In this document: piece after piece, positions 49,501 to 63,368 of the stretch
Position numbering within the stretch: the stretch's first letter is position 1
Layout: every line of letters starts with the position of its first letter
NCBI RefSeq assembly: GCF_964204645.1
Contig: NC_134029.1
Location: 7,900,850 to 7,964,849, forward strand
Length of the DNA stretch: 64,000 nucleotides
From: Tubulanus polymorphus
Lineage: Eukaryota > Animalia > Nemertea
Direction of reading: 5' to 3'
Notes under the pieces: generated by a model
Databases searched by the model: none
What the model was told of the DNA's origin: nothing
Seen by the model: only the letters and a program-made list of their open reading frames with translations
Translations under genes and position numbers: made by a program

Positions 49501-52500
49501 TCCGGATTCATTTCATTAGTTCACCATTTAAAACAAAGGGTGTTATTTGCAACTCAAGCTTTTTGGAACTTTCAACTCCGGGGAACATCCAAAAACGAGT
49601 TTCATTATTCTTTTTAAATCACAGGATCTACCCAAGAAATACTCAAAGAATTTTGTATACCTTGTTGATATTGAAAGGCTGAACGAACTTCTCCTTTGTC
49701 GCTTAGATACGTGGTGAGTGACTTCAGGAAAGCGTGATGACTAACTGTCTCGCTGTCACAAATAACGGCTAGATGTCGCCTGGCCCGAGTTATAGCGACA
49801 TTGATACGCCGATCTTCAGCCAGAAAGCCGACTTCACCTTGAATCACACAAATGAATACACACGAAATACTACAATGTTGTCAAACTCGCACTTTATCTC
49901 AAAATCTATCGGGCCAATTTCAGACTTGTAGCCAGCCAAGGCTTTGCGGGGTTCGATTTTCTTGACAGTGGAACTTTTTCATGGAAGTGGAACTCTTTTC
50001 TTGAAAGTGGAAATTTTGTAACGTACCCCACAAATGTTGGTTCCTGGGAGTACTCACACAGAAAAGTTTTGAAATTTAGTAGCAAAGAGGAGCTATTTCA
50101 CAACTAGCCAAATTTGGGGTAAAAATTTTGCTTTTTCTCCGACAATTTGGCCTCAAGTAAGTTTGAAGTGTTACTAATGAGTGAATCTTTTGAAATTGAT
50201 GCTCAAATTTTCTTAAGGCCAGCATCTGGGTGGAACTTCGTCAATGAGCATTCGAACCCCCCTAAATGGGCATAAAATTTAGTTTACCTTTATCATTAGA
50301 TCGTACAAGACTGATGACAACGGCTTCTTTTTCGCGCCCTTGAAATGAATCAACTGATTTTATCTCGAGTTTCGGATACTTTTCAGACATTTTCAGTCGC
50401 AAGAGTTCAACCTGAAAAAGAAAAATTTGAATTTCAAATTCCTACAAACACTTACTGCACCTGCGCCAATAAGCCCTTTACTGTTGAATCCAATGAATTT
50501 CGCTGTTATAGCTCCTAATGTTTAATTCTTTTTTAACAAGCCAAACAAGTGGCACACCGCGGATTCTTTGGACCATCTGAGGTATGCGCTTTTACCAGAT
50601 ATAAAATAAATAGGAATCGGCTTTAACCAATTTTCAATGGTTTCTCCTGAGCATGAAAAAATTTAACAGGAATAGCATGGTGTGAGTAGAACCATGGAAA
50701 TGTCTGTTTCAAATAGTAGGGTTTCTGTAAGATTCATACATATTGATTACAGTTCTAGAATTGCGCTGGCATAGAGAGTATGGTGAAATATCGGGAGTTG
50801 ATTTTCACCAGTTCCAAGATGAAATACAGATGGTCCATTCTCAGAAAAAACCCTGTGTTAGACAGCAGGGGCAGTTAATTAAACTCTGGTATATCGAGGG
50901 TTAACTGTAGTTAACTTACTCACCTGTAGATTATACGGGGCAATCACGGCGATGTCTTCCGCTTTAACACCAGCACCAATCAAACTATCCACGTGTATCG
51001 TCACTAGATCCACCTCGCCTTCATTGCCTTTAGACACGTTCTCCATAACATCCAGTTCGTAAAGATCGCATCCAGCAGTATCTATCATCAGCAATGGAAT
51101 ACTAGTGTCCTCGGTATCTTCAACTCCATTCAAATCCCTGAAAGACAAGTCAACAAACATTTTTCAAAGTCTTAAGCCGATCGACATTACGAAATTGCAG
51201 AGCTATGCCACATCTATACTACTGAATGCCAAAAATGAATCAATGAAAACCGATTTAACTGCAATAACCATCTATACATCAGCATTTTATGCAACAAAAC
51301 AATGTTTGGGTAGCCTTCCTATCACATTAATATCGAAGGGTTATTGAGTCCGATAAAGTTGCCTATTTTCGTTTAAATGTGGGACAGTTATCAAAAATGC
51401 ACTCAGTAGGAATTGGGAGTAAAAAGTATGATACATTGTACTCATGTAGATTACGAATGATGGTTTCTTTGATAAGATTGAATGATGAAATATTCAGAGT
51501 ATCAATTGATGAATCCAAAGCTTGTAGCTCATAAAAATCTTTTATCATGAAGCTTGTGTGAATATGAAGCTTTAAGGTTCATAAAGTGAAAGGTCGTTTT
51601 TGAAAATAATAATATATACATGTATACCTAAGCAGATGATCTTTGACTGAAGCATCGGCTACCAATCGACTGTTGTAAAGTTCGTCCGATGACCACTGCA
51701 TGATAAGATTGTTCATGCGATACTGAGTTGTCAGCATTCTCATGACGCGATTTTCATACAGTTCTAAAGTCCGTTCCATCAACGTGATAGCTAGACCTTC
51801 TTTGGCAGCCCTACAAAATGAATGTACAAATAGATACACACCTTACAAAATAATTTCTCACATTTTTTTCTTTTCACTGTTATTAGGATTTTCTGCTACC
51901 ATGTACTTTGCAGAAACACCTGATGATTTGATTATTGATTATCATATCTCAATTCCTTATATCATACTGTGACCATTCAACATTAACGCCTATGATATCT
52001 TGATTTCTCATATGAACAGCCACCAAACCATGTAAAGTCTACATGCAGGTACAGTTGAATCTCGTTAATATGATTCTGTTTTTAGATGAAACCTGTTTAT
52101 CATGATGATTTCCGGCATGTCTCAGCTAAGATATTTATATCAAGCTGTGGATAATACGAAACCAATCTAATATGACAATTTCACTTTTTACCCACAAGAT
52201 TTGTATTAACGAGGATCCACTGGATCAATCTGTAGCCTCGAAACCATCCCTGAGATATTCAACAGCTATCACCTGGTATAAAACGACTTATGTGACTGTC
52301 CCTAGCTTATTAGCTTTGTACCCGAGTGTGTATATCTACATATGGAACTGACTGAAGAGATTTCAAGGGGTTTAAAATGGCATACGATACTGTTAATAGC
52401 TTAAATACCAAAACATGAAGACTTACTGGTTTGATATGATAGTCGGGGGTAATTGCTGATGGTCTCCAGCTAGAACACACCGGGGGCTTTTCAATAAAGG

Positions 52501-55500
52501 AATCCAACAAGACGCCTCAATTGCCTAAAACAGCAAAATTTACGCAGAATCTAAACACCGTATTACATACATAGAACAAGCTCAGCGAGTATCATACGCG
52601 CATATGGCAACGAATGCATTCTATAAAGGTGAGACTTTTCAGCAAGGGCAGATCTAGGTTAATGTCAAAGGGAGTCTGGACACCACCTAAATGATGATGG
52701 AGCAGTAACAACGTCAGCCTGAACTTTTCCAATCATTACACAATTTACAATTCATGTACAATGTACATGCAATTTATTTGCAAATGAAACCTAGAGAATG
52801 TCTTCAATGAATTCAAAGTTATTTTTGGGTTGGACCCCAAACGTTCATTGGCCATGGATTCATGCCTTCAGTTCTCGTAAATTTCACTGGGATGTGGGCC
52901 TTTCTTTTAACCTATGGAAGGCCCAGCTTTTCCTACAATCGTCCTTTCTTTCATTCACTTTATTATTTTACAAAAACTTTTTACAAACCTGCGAGCATTC
53001 ATCAATAACCACCAGATCGAAATGACCGGCATCCAGCAATTTCAAAGGTCCATCGTCGCTAGCGCTGGTTAACGTTGACAGCACGACTTCGGCGCGTTTC
53101 AGAATATCACGCGTGGCTGCATCCTCCCGCTGTCTCAATTCTTTACGTAAATACTTCAAATCTCCGCGTAAACCTTGTCGTTCTCCTCTATCGCGAACCT
53201 TTCTCATTCTAGACTGAAAATGACGGGTTCGAGAACAATCTATCCTTTCAAGCGCTCTTAGAGGAATATTCATTCATTCATTCACTTTTCACGTATTTCA
53301 CTTGTACTTACTAAAGCCGAATTGATATCTTTGCGAACATCAGCGACGAGTTTAGTTTCATCGCTGTGCGATAGAATTGCGTCCAACGAATATTTCTGTA
53401 TGGATTTCAACGCTCGAGCTGGATGACCTAACCGCACGGCCTTCACATTGCCATTTACTAGACGTTCAACCAGATTGTCGACTGCTATATTCGATGGTGC
53501 CGCCGTCAAAACCTAAAACACGAGATGATCATTCATCACATCAAGTTGAAATGGATATATGAAAAGGCTTGAGGAAGTTCAGTGGCTAGTAGCTGATTTA
53601 GTGACAATTAGAAGAATATTTTTACTATGATATTCATCTGATGGTTATCGGTAAGCAAATGACCCCAAACTTTTATGTATGTGTGTAAACGTTTTGCAGT
53701 CAAAACTCCTTAATCTAAATCTTGATCCAAATGAAAATATCAATTGGTAGAAAACGATTTCATATCAAGGTCTTATTTGGCAAAAGAGGACTCAATCCAC
53801 TAGATCTACCAGTAGATACGAATACCCGATAATTGAAGCTCCTCGCAAAACTGAGGTCAAATATCTTATCAATGTTCCTCAATTACCATGTACGCAATGG
53901 TGGATTGAGATTTCTCATATGCTCAATGGATGTTGGCTTTATACGTATACCATAAGGTCCAGATTTGACATACCTCGGTACATAAAATCAGTTGGTTTAA
54001 CTGGATAACATACAAACCTTCATGCCTAGTTTAACCGCTTGTCTGATCACTTCAACAATCGTTGTAGTTTTTCCCGTCCCAGGAGGTCCGTGGATAACGG
54101 CTACATCTGGCCGCGACAAAGCGAATCTCACAGCTTCTTTCTGAGACTCGTCCAACCCTTGGTTGTAGAAGACTAGATCTAAAAACAGTGGAGTAAGAGA
54201 ATGAAATTAACATAAGATCGGATATGAAATACTCATCCGAAATTTGCTTAATTCTTTACACCTACCCGGAGGAGTCTGCAGAGATGGCCGAAGATCAGAT
54301 TCAGCGAACAAAATATCGATCAAGTTTCCCGCTGGCCCCGAGCGAAAAGTTCTTAGGTTTTCTAAAGCTCTGAAACAAGAATTATCAGACAATTATGATG
54401 AAAACATCTTTTCTCCAAGTACCTTATTCTCTTATTCAAGGAATGGGTAGAGCATTGATGCAAAAATAGCCGTCAAACTAATTACAATTGACCACATGAT
54501 CTTCCAGGCGATATATTTGATACTGTAGACCTATTCATTGGAGTAAAATTTCTTCGGCTTAACAAAACATTATGTTACCTTTTCAATCGCTTATAAGTGA
54601 CGTCATTAGCTAGTTTAAGGAGGCGATATCTTTGGTTGTCATCTAAATCTACATCCGTCGCGTCATCGATGGCTACGTTGATGCTATTTTTGTGTACGTG
54701 TGATATGACTCCACTGACGATTGCTGATGTTGCTTCATTCGATTCGTTCACAGCCACAATATCCCCTAGAAATATGTAAATTCAAATTCAAAATCTTTAT
54801 TCAGCATAAACAATTGCACTGTTAGTGACTGACATTCGTACATATATACATGTTACAACAAAGTGAGAAATATAATAGTCTACCTCTGATGAACAAGAAC
54901 CAATTTAGAAATTTAGAAATTTGTATGAAAAGTTCAGAAACTTAGGCCTACTGAAATCATTACAGCAGGGTCGAATCAAGTCTGAGCCAATCAACTTAGG
55001 ATATCAAGCTCTCAAGTTGCACAAATTTTCAAGTTCCAAAAAGATTTGATTTGAGCAGTATCTACTATACATTCGGTAGGGGAGACCGGGGCACACATTG
55101 ATCACCCATTCGCATCAAGCCACCCTAAATAAAATCCTCTGCACCTCCTTGTTACCACGTTTATCAAACAATGTTGTAGATAAACAGTGGGTATCAGGAC
55201 AATTGCCCCCCAAATTAAATCTTTTTAATCTTAAAGTAACACAGATATTTACTTCAAATTAATAAGACAAAGTGAACTAATTCTAGCTAATTACTCTGGG
55301 ACTGCTTTAAAGTTTTTGATTGGCTAAAGTAACACTAAAACTAATTCCAATAAATCAGCCAACGTTAACTAATGCACTAATGAGTGGACTTATATTAAGT
55401 TTCCTTTAATTTGGTAAGTTAATTATAATTACACAAGGACTGATTTAAAGTTTTTGATCTGCACACAACATCAGTAATTATATATCTTATAAATATATTC

Positions 55501-56319
55501 AATAATATACAAATGAATTTCTAAGTAAAGTATTTAGGTGGTGTTAATCCAAATCAAAAAGGGTTTTATTCGGGGGGGGGGGGGGGGGGCAATTGTCCGG
55601 GGGCAACTGTTCGGGGGGCAATTGTGCGGGGGCAGTTGTCCGGGGGGGGGCAATTGTCCTAGAATCAAACAGTGGTGACAAAAAACTGGAGATAAATTGT
55701 CACGGCAGCTGAAAGAGAATGATTTCACAGAGGGAGGCTCAATGTGAACGAGTGGTCAATATGCCCTTCATGATGGTTATTTTCATGATTTCTTAGCATT
55801 GAGTTTAGTTGTAAGAATGTGGCAGGTCATCAGTAGATAATCAAACGATCATAATTACCTGGTGATAAGCTGTGGGACGGCATTTCTTTACTCATATAAA
55901 ATGGCTCGAATGTGTATAACATTCGGCCGAAGAGTCCGGAGCTTTGTGAGGAAAATCGCATATTGAGCAGACATATTCCTTTCTTCTGCAGTTCTTTAGG
56001 CGAGACATTCTCCAGCAGTGCACTACAGTGCAAAATATAAATAATACAGTCACAGTTCCCTTAATTTCTTACTTTAAGATGAGAGGGTCCCTTTGTCTCT
56101 CCTCCTGGCAGCTGGGTTGATGGTTAAGTTCAAGTCAATTCATTTCATAGAAAAGAACATGTGCAACATAATAACACTCACAATTAATTACAGGTTACAT
56201 ACTGTTGCTGACTGTTCTCAAGACTAAACCTACCTGTTTTCTTTTTTCTCTGTTTCTCGTTCTAGTTCTATCAACTTTGATGTTTTTGAGACATATTCAT
56301 CTAATGAAACTCCAGGCAT
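46577..56319 (-). CDS. IGHMBP2: DNA-binding protein SMUBP-2 (UPF1-like SF1 helicase, R3H, AN1 zinc finger), 15 exons, about 1141 aa
   Basis: Exons 56234-56319, 55859-56022, 54579-54765, 54266-54369, 54018-54178, 53312-53512, 52989-53213, 52427-52524, 51628-51810, 50924-51137, 50288-50411, 49661-49837, 49170-49290, 48847-48961, 46577-47842 (3426 nt). Motifs [63 protein letters not shown]3[18 protein letters not shown]1 [20 protein letters not shown]. Confidence 0.97.
47265..47612. repeat. 171-bp tandem duplication inside the IGHMBP2 last exon
   Basis: Unit starts at 47265 and 47436 (partial third start at 47607); I see only two mismatches between the copies. Confidence 0.95.
48196..48772 (-). 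mobile_element. L2-clade LINE 3' fragment (frameshifted)
   Basis: [16 protein letters not shown]...[20 protein letters not shown]...[22 protein letters not shown]; tail TGTAAAGCGCTTTGAG...GCGCTAAATAA followed by (TTA)n. A lone L2-type tail also lies near 15725-15810. Confidence 0.9.
55191..55666. mobile_element. MITE with 9-bp target-site duplication (Mutator-like) and G-rich subterminal repeats
   Basis: AAACAGTGG at 55182-55190 and 55667-55675; TIR AGGACAATTGCCCCC / GGGGGCAATTGTCCT. Confidence 0.85.
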
Positions 56320-56558
56320 CGTTACTGCATCTCCACTTTGTGTATGTTTGATAGTATTTGGAAGCGAGTCCTGTCAAAAAATCAGAAAATCAGAAAAAAT
56401 ATTTTCCTTTTCAATATAATACTTTCGCATCCACGCGACCTTGAACTCAAGACGCCGATCGATTACTTCCGGGTCGAAAATTGTCACAAATTTGGCCCGC
56501 AAATTGTGCATAAAACTACAAATTGTTCCTCTACCGTGAAAGCTATAGATCATAAAAG
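56320..56558. promoter_or_regulatory. Bidirectional promoter region IGHMBP2 / IK
   Basis: Head-to-head ATGs 240 bp apart (56319 minus, 56559 plus); locally CpG-rich; ETS-type ACTTCCGG near 56465. Confidence 0.7.
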
Positions 56559-59500
56559 ATGCCGGGCGGTAAGTTCGTTTATTTATTCATACAAATCGAT
56601 CGCGTTTCATATAAAGAATGGGTTTTCAAGCGAGGTTTTGCAGGAAAATTCTGCCTGTAGATCCCAGCCACTAGGTGGCAGCACCTTACAATGAAATTGA
56701 AGATGCACTAAAAATAATCCGTTTTCGTTTGGGAAACATGAATCGAATCAATAAAAGATTTTATACGAAAAAAATGTTTTTATTTTAACTCCGTCACATT
56801 ATGTTATTGATTATTTGATATTGTGTCTTTATTTTCAGATACGGAAGCGTACTCGAACCCGATCGCCCCTCCTCAGATGATGGAGACTGGTGATCCCGAT
56901 GATTTGTAAGTTTCGTTATCGTATAGTCGAAAGTAATATCTGGAAAAACCTGTTTTATCATGTTATTGTCTCCTGTCTATGATGAGGTAGTTGGAGAGTT
57001 ACGTTCCATGAAATACCTTATCATCGGTCCAAACATTGTGGTAAATTCCTCAACATCCTCAAATTTGGTTATCCTCAATAATTCCTAAATAGCTGCTGAA
57101 GTCTGGTTATGCAAATATACCAAATGTTCCTTCAGATTTTCAATCTTAACAAAGCGAAGATCTTGATAGTTGCGTTCTTGGAATTTTAAGTTTAAACCTT
57201 TTTGTGAAATCCGGATTTAGTTGTCTTGTTGGTGAGAAAGACCTATTTGCTTAATTCATTGTAATTGGGACAGTCATTATGTTGTCGGCTTACCCAAATG
57301 ATGACTTTGACTTAGTGAATTGAATATTAAATACAAATCGGGACTTAATAATGGACAACTTCGGTAATGCCATGACTAATGATGACAAGTTTGAGTGTAT
57401 ATGCTAACCATCGCATCATTATTGCGATGAATTATTATTTGTGTTTCGTATTTTCAGGCATCCGATGACGAATGCAGATTTTCGAAAGTTGTTGATGACA
57501 CCGCGAGTCCCGAATGCCGGTGCTGTACCTTCATCCGCTCCACCGAGTCGTGCGGCAAAAATGTACGTAGGAAATGTATGAATGAGACTTTTCATGATCT
57601 CAAATTATTTGTGGTCAATCCTCCATTGAATTCAATTTCTTAAATGGAATTTAATTCATGCCTTCTTGACTTTATCCCTCAAATGGAATTTGATGAAGGC
57701 CTTTCTTATCCCAACCCTATGGATGAGCAGGGTGGCCACTTACCTGGACACCAGGGAAAAGCCAGCGAATTTTCATTTATTTAAGAAAGTCTGGGAATTT
57801 TGTAAAATAGCTTTAGATCAGGGAATAGTCAGGGAAATTTGATTTCATTGCTAGATCGTGTGTAAAATCAAACAATCAGTTACCTAATATATAGATTTCC
57901 TTGTTGGCTATTTTTCTAGTTCGAGTTCATTACCCGAGAATGCTGAAGACGGCGACGATGACGCGGCCACTCGTCGGAAAAAGAAAAAGAGTTACTACGC
58001 CAATTTGAAGAAGCTCGAAGAGGAACGCCAGAAAGAGCTGTCAGAAAAATACCGAGATCGTGTAAGTAAAAAAATACGTACAGATTTTCTCGGATCTTCG
58101 CTGGTTCCTAGTCATGTTTTGTGCAAGCTTGAAGTTGAAATTTGTCAGACCTTAGATATCTATTCCTTGCTATTTTCAGTTTTGCTCTACAGCATTGTGA
58201 AAATTGGTAAACGTTTTACACTAATAGTGAATCCGCGAGATGTTTTAGAGGGGCAGCCACCCATTTCACTTTCAAATCTACCCGTCTGAAAGTTGGTCTA
58301 CCCCTTTGATTTGTCTGTTGCCCCTCTATATCCTTGACGGACACAAAGCCAAATTTTAGTCCAATTACCTCCATATCTGAGAATTACACTTACTTTTGGG
58401 TACTATTTTGACTTTCGGCCTCATTGTATTCCTAAAATTGAGATATTGGGTCTCAAATGACCAAAATCTTCCGAATTTGGAAATTCAAATTTGAATTGTA
58501 AAGTCTTAAACGATGCCCAGAGCCTTATTTACACCTAAACCCGACATTCTAGCATGTAACTGACCGTATGCAATGGTCAAAGAATCTTTTTTGAGCACTT
58601 TGAAGAATTGAGAAATTTCTATTCTGATGACAATTCTATCAATACTTTCAATGATTATTGCTATGTAAACTAATGAATCGATATGAGAGATAGCCGATTG
58701 CACCAGAATTAAGCTAAAATTTTTATATCCTTTGTTGTGACCAAAAGATTTGCTACTTCAGCAATACAGAATACTATCTCAATTCAGTTTGTTTGCCATA
58801 TAATAATTCTTATCAATTTTAATTCAGGCACAAGAAAGACGTGAAGGGCAGAATAAAGATTATGATCAAACCGAATTCATCAGTACTACAGCTGACTACA
58901 GAGCTGTTGCACCTGATGCTAAATCGTAGGTTTTTCAATAGTTCAACATTCTCCACAGTTATTGGGAGGGTCTCGAATGAGTCTTATTCTCTCATATGTG
59001 TAAATACTTACAAATAATGGGACAGAGAGGTTTAGATAAATGAGATTTGCGTATATCATAAATAGTTGAAATATTCTGCAGGTGGTCATTCATTTTATAT
59101 TACACATGCCAGATAGAAAGAGGGTCAAATGTAACAGATAAAAAATCAAGGAATTATGGCATGAAAACTATAAATTGATGTCTTCTTTGGTTGAATACGT
59201 ACAAGTACGTAATGATTGTGTGTGAAATATTGAATCTAGAATTCTAGAATATTTCAATTCCAAAGATTTGAATTTTTGCAGAGGTGAACATTACGCCGAG
59301 AGAAGAAAGAAAGTTATTCAAGAATCGAAATATCTCGGTGGTGATATGGAACATACGCATTTAGTGAAAGGTTTAGATTATGCTTTGCTGGACAAGGTAC
59401 GTACGTTCTTGAAATGTTTTTACCAATTTCTAGAAGCAGTATTTCCGAATCAATCAAAACATAATATATGCAAGTTGTAATTAATTTTCAACGGCTGATC

Positions 59501-62500
59501 GTCGCCAAACCTTATGTGAAACTGAGAAAGCACTAGAATCAATGAAATGCGTATCAATTGTTTTTAATCTACATTCGTTCCAAAGGTGAGGGCTGAAATC
59601 AACATAAAAGAAAACGAAGAAACGCAACTTGAAAATTTGGTACTCGAAACAAAGTAAGTACTGAGGTATATCGTACGTGAATTTTAATTTTTCGATGGCC
59701 TTCAAATCATATTTTGTACCTGTTTGTATTTTAGACCTGAAGAAGAGAAGAAAGAAGTTCAAATCGACTTCAAGACAAAATTAGGTAAAGTGATGTTTGT
59801 ATTATCAAGCACGTATCTAATATTTTGATTTATTTACATTCGTTTATCGATGGTTTTTGTTAGGTCGAAGCGTATTTCGAACGTTGTTCCAGAATAAACC
59901 TCCCGAGAGAAATGAACTATTTCTGCCCGGGCGTATGGCCTACGTAGTCGATCTCGAGGATGAATACGCCGAATGCGACATTCCCACTACGCTAATTCGT
60001 AGCAAAGCTGATTGTCCGAGTATAGAGGTATGTTGTCAGTATTTTCATTTCTTCTAAACGAGTTTAACTCTTATTTCTAAGCACCAGTGATGTCGTGTTC
60101 GCTTTTGAACTGGTTGTTGCTCATAGATGTGGCGGTTCATTACAGGCCCAAAAACATGGAAAATCATTGAATGTAGAAAATCGATCTTTGTCAAAATGAA
60201 TGGAGGGTATTGAAAATTTGAGAAATTGGCAAACGATATGTATTTCTATTTGTATGGACTCCGTCTTTGATTCCTTCAGGAACCACTATATTTGGCAGTG
60301 AAAGTGGCCTTGAAAACAGGCTTAAAGTGGTTTAGAAAAGCCCTGGAAAGCATTGAATGTGGATCAGCAATGCTACGAATAAACCTTGAGTGGAATTGAT
60401 GGGAAATGTTATATTTTGACTCTGAAAAGATGGATAAAACGATGTTCAATTCTCTTTTCTAGACAACAACGACCCTGACCACAAACGATATCGTCATCAA
60501 TAAACTCACACAGATTCTGTCGTATCTTCGACAAGGAAAACGAGACAAAAAGAAATTGAAGAAAGGTAAGGTATTTGATATGATTTCTCCCTTCCATATG
60601 AGTGCTAGCTCAGAAATTTGACTAACAATTGTTGAAAAATGGTACAAAAGTTTTCATATACTGGTGCATGATAAATGAATCCATGAAGTATAGATCTTTT
60701 GGCACTTAATGATTTTTGTCGGCTTAGTCTCGCTGTCTTGGTTTATGATGAGTGTTTCTTTATGCAGGTGTTAAAGGAAAGGAGGATGAAAAGATCAAAG
60801 AGAAATTACCCGGAGCAGATGATAAGTAAGTATAGTCTTTTTGATTTTAGAGGGATTATTGCTTCGGTTTCTTATGGGTGGCCACTTACCTGGAAGTCAG
60901 GGAATTTTCTTTTCTCAAAAATAGTCCGGGAATTTCTGTAAAATAGCTAAAAAATCTGGGAAAAGTCAGGTAAATTTGATGAGATTACTGGATCGCCCAT
61001 AAGAATCAAACAGTTTCCATCTATGTTTTTCCTATCTGACTATTAATTGATTGAATCTTTAGCAGATTATTCAGGGAAAACCACATGCATGTCAGGAAAT
61101 AGTCGGGGGACAAGTCAGGGAGAAAGCCAAATAAAAGTGGCCACCCTGTAACAACTACCTGGTACTCAAATCTAATATTACAAATATCTCTATACCTATT
61201 TGTAGTATATATGCTGATGTTGGAGATTATGTACCCTCTGGAACGAAGAGCAACCGCGATAGAGGAGACCGAAAGGACCGTGATCGCGGCGACCGAGAGA
61301 ACAACCGAGAACGCCGCGATAGAGGAGACCGCCGCGATCGGGGAGGACGAGGCAGTCGATGGGATCGAGATAGAGAGAGAGAGGAACGCGATAGAGAGAG
61401 AGAAGAACGAGATAGAGAGAGGGAGGAACGCAGCGGCGGCGGCGGCGGCCGAGACCGCGATCGCGACGACAATCGAGATCGTCGCGATCGCGGAAGAGAT
61501 TACGACAACCGCGAGAAAAAGCGTTCGTATTTCGAAAAACCAGTTGAGGTAAAGTTCAATTCAATATCAGATTTCTTGTATTTGGTTACTGGGCATAGTT
61601 TCTTGAAAAAGATAAACTCAAATTTTTGGTGTAATTGCTATTGGTTACTTCATGTTTTCAATGAGGACAACAAATCAGACTTAACCGTTTTTTGCTTACA
61701 CTTTTTCGTGAAACTGGGCCCTGATGTCTGAAAGAAAATTACACGGCAACATAGATACCGGTCTCGGCGGGTGTTACCCCAGGTTTAAGCTTATGACACA
61801 TGGGCCAGTTGTTGAAAAGGTGATAAATACTATGGTTACTATGCAGTTTGATTGTTACTGCATCAGTTGTCCACTAGTTAACCAGCTTTTGAGCAACTCC
61901 AGCCCAAAACTAGCCAATGCTGCTCGAATTTTCATGAAGTCTCGGATGTTAGGTCCAAATATGATCTCATCGTCGGAAACCATGAATTAATATACATAAA
62001 TGTTCATCCATTGTTTCCCTTCTGTAACTTAGGATGAAGACCACTCTCATGGACCGACAAGTAGCGCAAAAGATTTGGTTAAGTCTATAAACGAAAAATA
62101 CGGTTCAAAGGGCCAGAATTGGGGATCTAGTTCAATGCCAATACCAGACAAACCGAAAGGGTAAGCGTGTACATGCGATAGTTTCTAGTACGGAATGCAA
62201 TAGGCCTAATGTACTGTTGGAGTTATCTTACAGTATGCGTGGATTCTGAACAATTTTCCCAAATTGAATTTCTAGGATGCCTAAAATGAAAGAAGACGAG
62301 AGACTTAAAAAACTGAAGAGAAAAATGGCAATTAGCAGTTATGCAGAGTGTTACCCTGGGTAAGTGTAGAGATTTGCTTATTCAATACTCCAGTTCTGAA
62401 GTGGGTTGGTTTCCAATAGAAATCATAAGGACTTGGTTCTACAGTTCTTTGTCAAATTTGCCCAGGATAAATTCATTGTTTCAACTCTATTGTCAGTTAT

Positions 62501-63368
62501 CATCTTGCGAGTGTTGAACTGGGTCCAGTACCATTATGAGCTGTATGTCTATTTCAAATTTGCTTGAAAGGATGTCAGGCAGCCTAGCTCAGTCAGTTTT
62601 TGTAGAGCATACTTGATTTAGGTCTTAATGGGACCAGCACGGATGGGCAGCCGAACTAAAACATCGATTTCCATCCATTTCACACTGTATTGAAAGATTG
62701 TCAGAGAGTTGAAATAGACGTTAGCCTGATCGACCGGGATCCGGCTCAGGGAACTTTATTTTTGAATTTTTCCTAGCTGTTGATTTTTCCTTGTTTGAAT
62801 AACTGATATTCATCGATGTATTTTCTAGAATGGCCGAGTCAGCAGATGCTATCGATGATTCCGATGATGAAGTAGACTATACAAAAATGGATATGGGAAA
62901 TAAAAAAGGCCCAGTTGGCAGATGGGACTTCGACACGCAAGAGGAATATAGCGATTATATGGCCAACAAAGAAGCGTTACCAAAGTAAGAGATTGAATTA
63001 TTAGTCTTGGTCTATGTACATTTTAGTTTTGTTTGTCTTGACTTAGAATAGCATGAAAATTCGATCCAAGCCTAGCACTGGAACCATAATATTTTGTTGG
63101 CGATAGATGGCAAACATTTGAGTGGAAATTTTTCCCAGTGCTAGCTTTTCTAGCGTTAATATGAATAAGTGTTAATGGAGCGCGATTTCTGAAACATTTG
63201 GTATTGTTTGTTGCTTTCAGAGCTGCCTTCCAGTATGGAGTCAAAATGGCCGATGGCAGAAAAACGAGGAGAGCTGGACCAAAAGACGAGAAGGCTCAAT
63301 TGGATCGGGAATGGCAGAAGATTCAAAACATCATTCAAAAACGTAAAAAGACTGGCGAAGGATACTAA
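56559..63368 (+). CDS. IK: Spliceosomal protein RED (IK), 16 exons, about 612 aa
   Basis: Exons 56559-56568, 56839-56905, 57458-57562, 57920-58061, 58828-58925, 59282-59396, 59586-59653, 59735-59784, 59864-60027, 60463-60565, 60768-60825, 61206-61548, 62033-62160, 62276-62359, 62829-62984, 63221-63368 (1839 nt). Motifs YSNPIAP, TNADFRKLLMTPR, SKYLGGDMEHTHLVKGLDY, NELFLPGRMAYVVDL, RD/RE repeat, YAECYPG, GRWDFDTQEEYSDYM, AAFQYGVKMADGRKTR. Confidence 0.97.
56666..56684 (+). promoter_or_regulatory. CTCF-consensus site in IK intron 1
   Basis: GCCACTAGGTGGCAGCA matches the CCASYAGRKGGCRS core. Confidence 0.55.
61800..61906. mobile_element. Short MITE (TGGGCCAGTTGTTGAAAAG...CTTTTGAGCAACTCCAGCCCA)
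   Basis: Imperfect TIRs; an adjacent similar element spans about 61589-61722. Confidence 0.6.

Noticed and set aside
56960-57430. Box C-like ATGATGA motifs in IK intron 2 (possible snoRNA)
   Set aside because: No convincing paired D box, terminal stem or recognisable rRNA guide.
61227-61472. Antisense RS-rich ORF
   Set aside because: Reverse complement of the RED repeat exon of IK.
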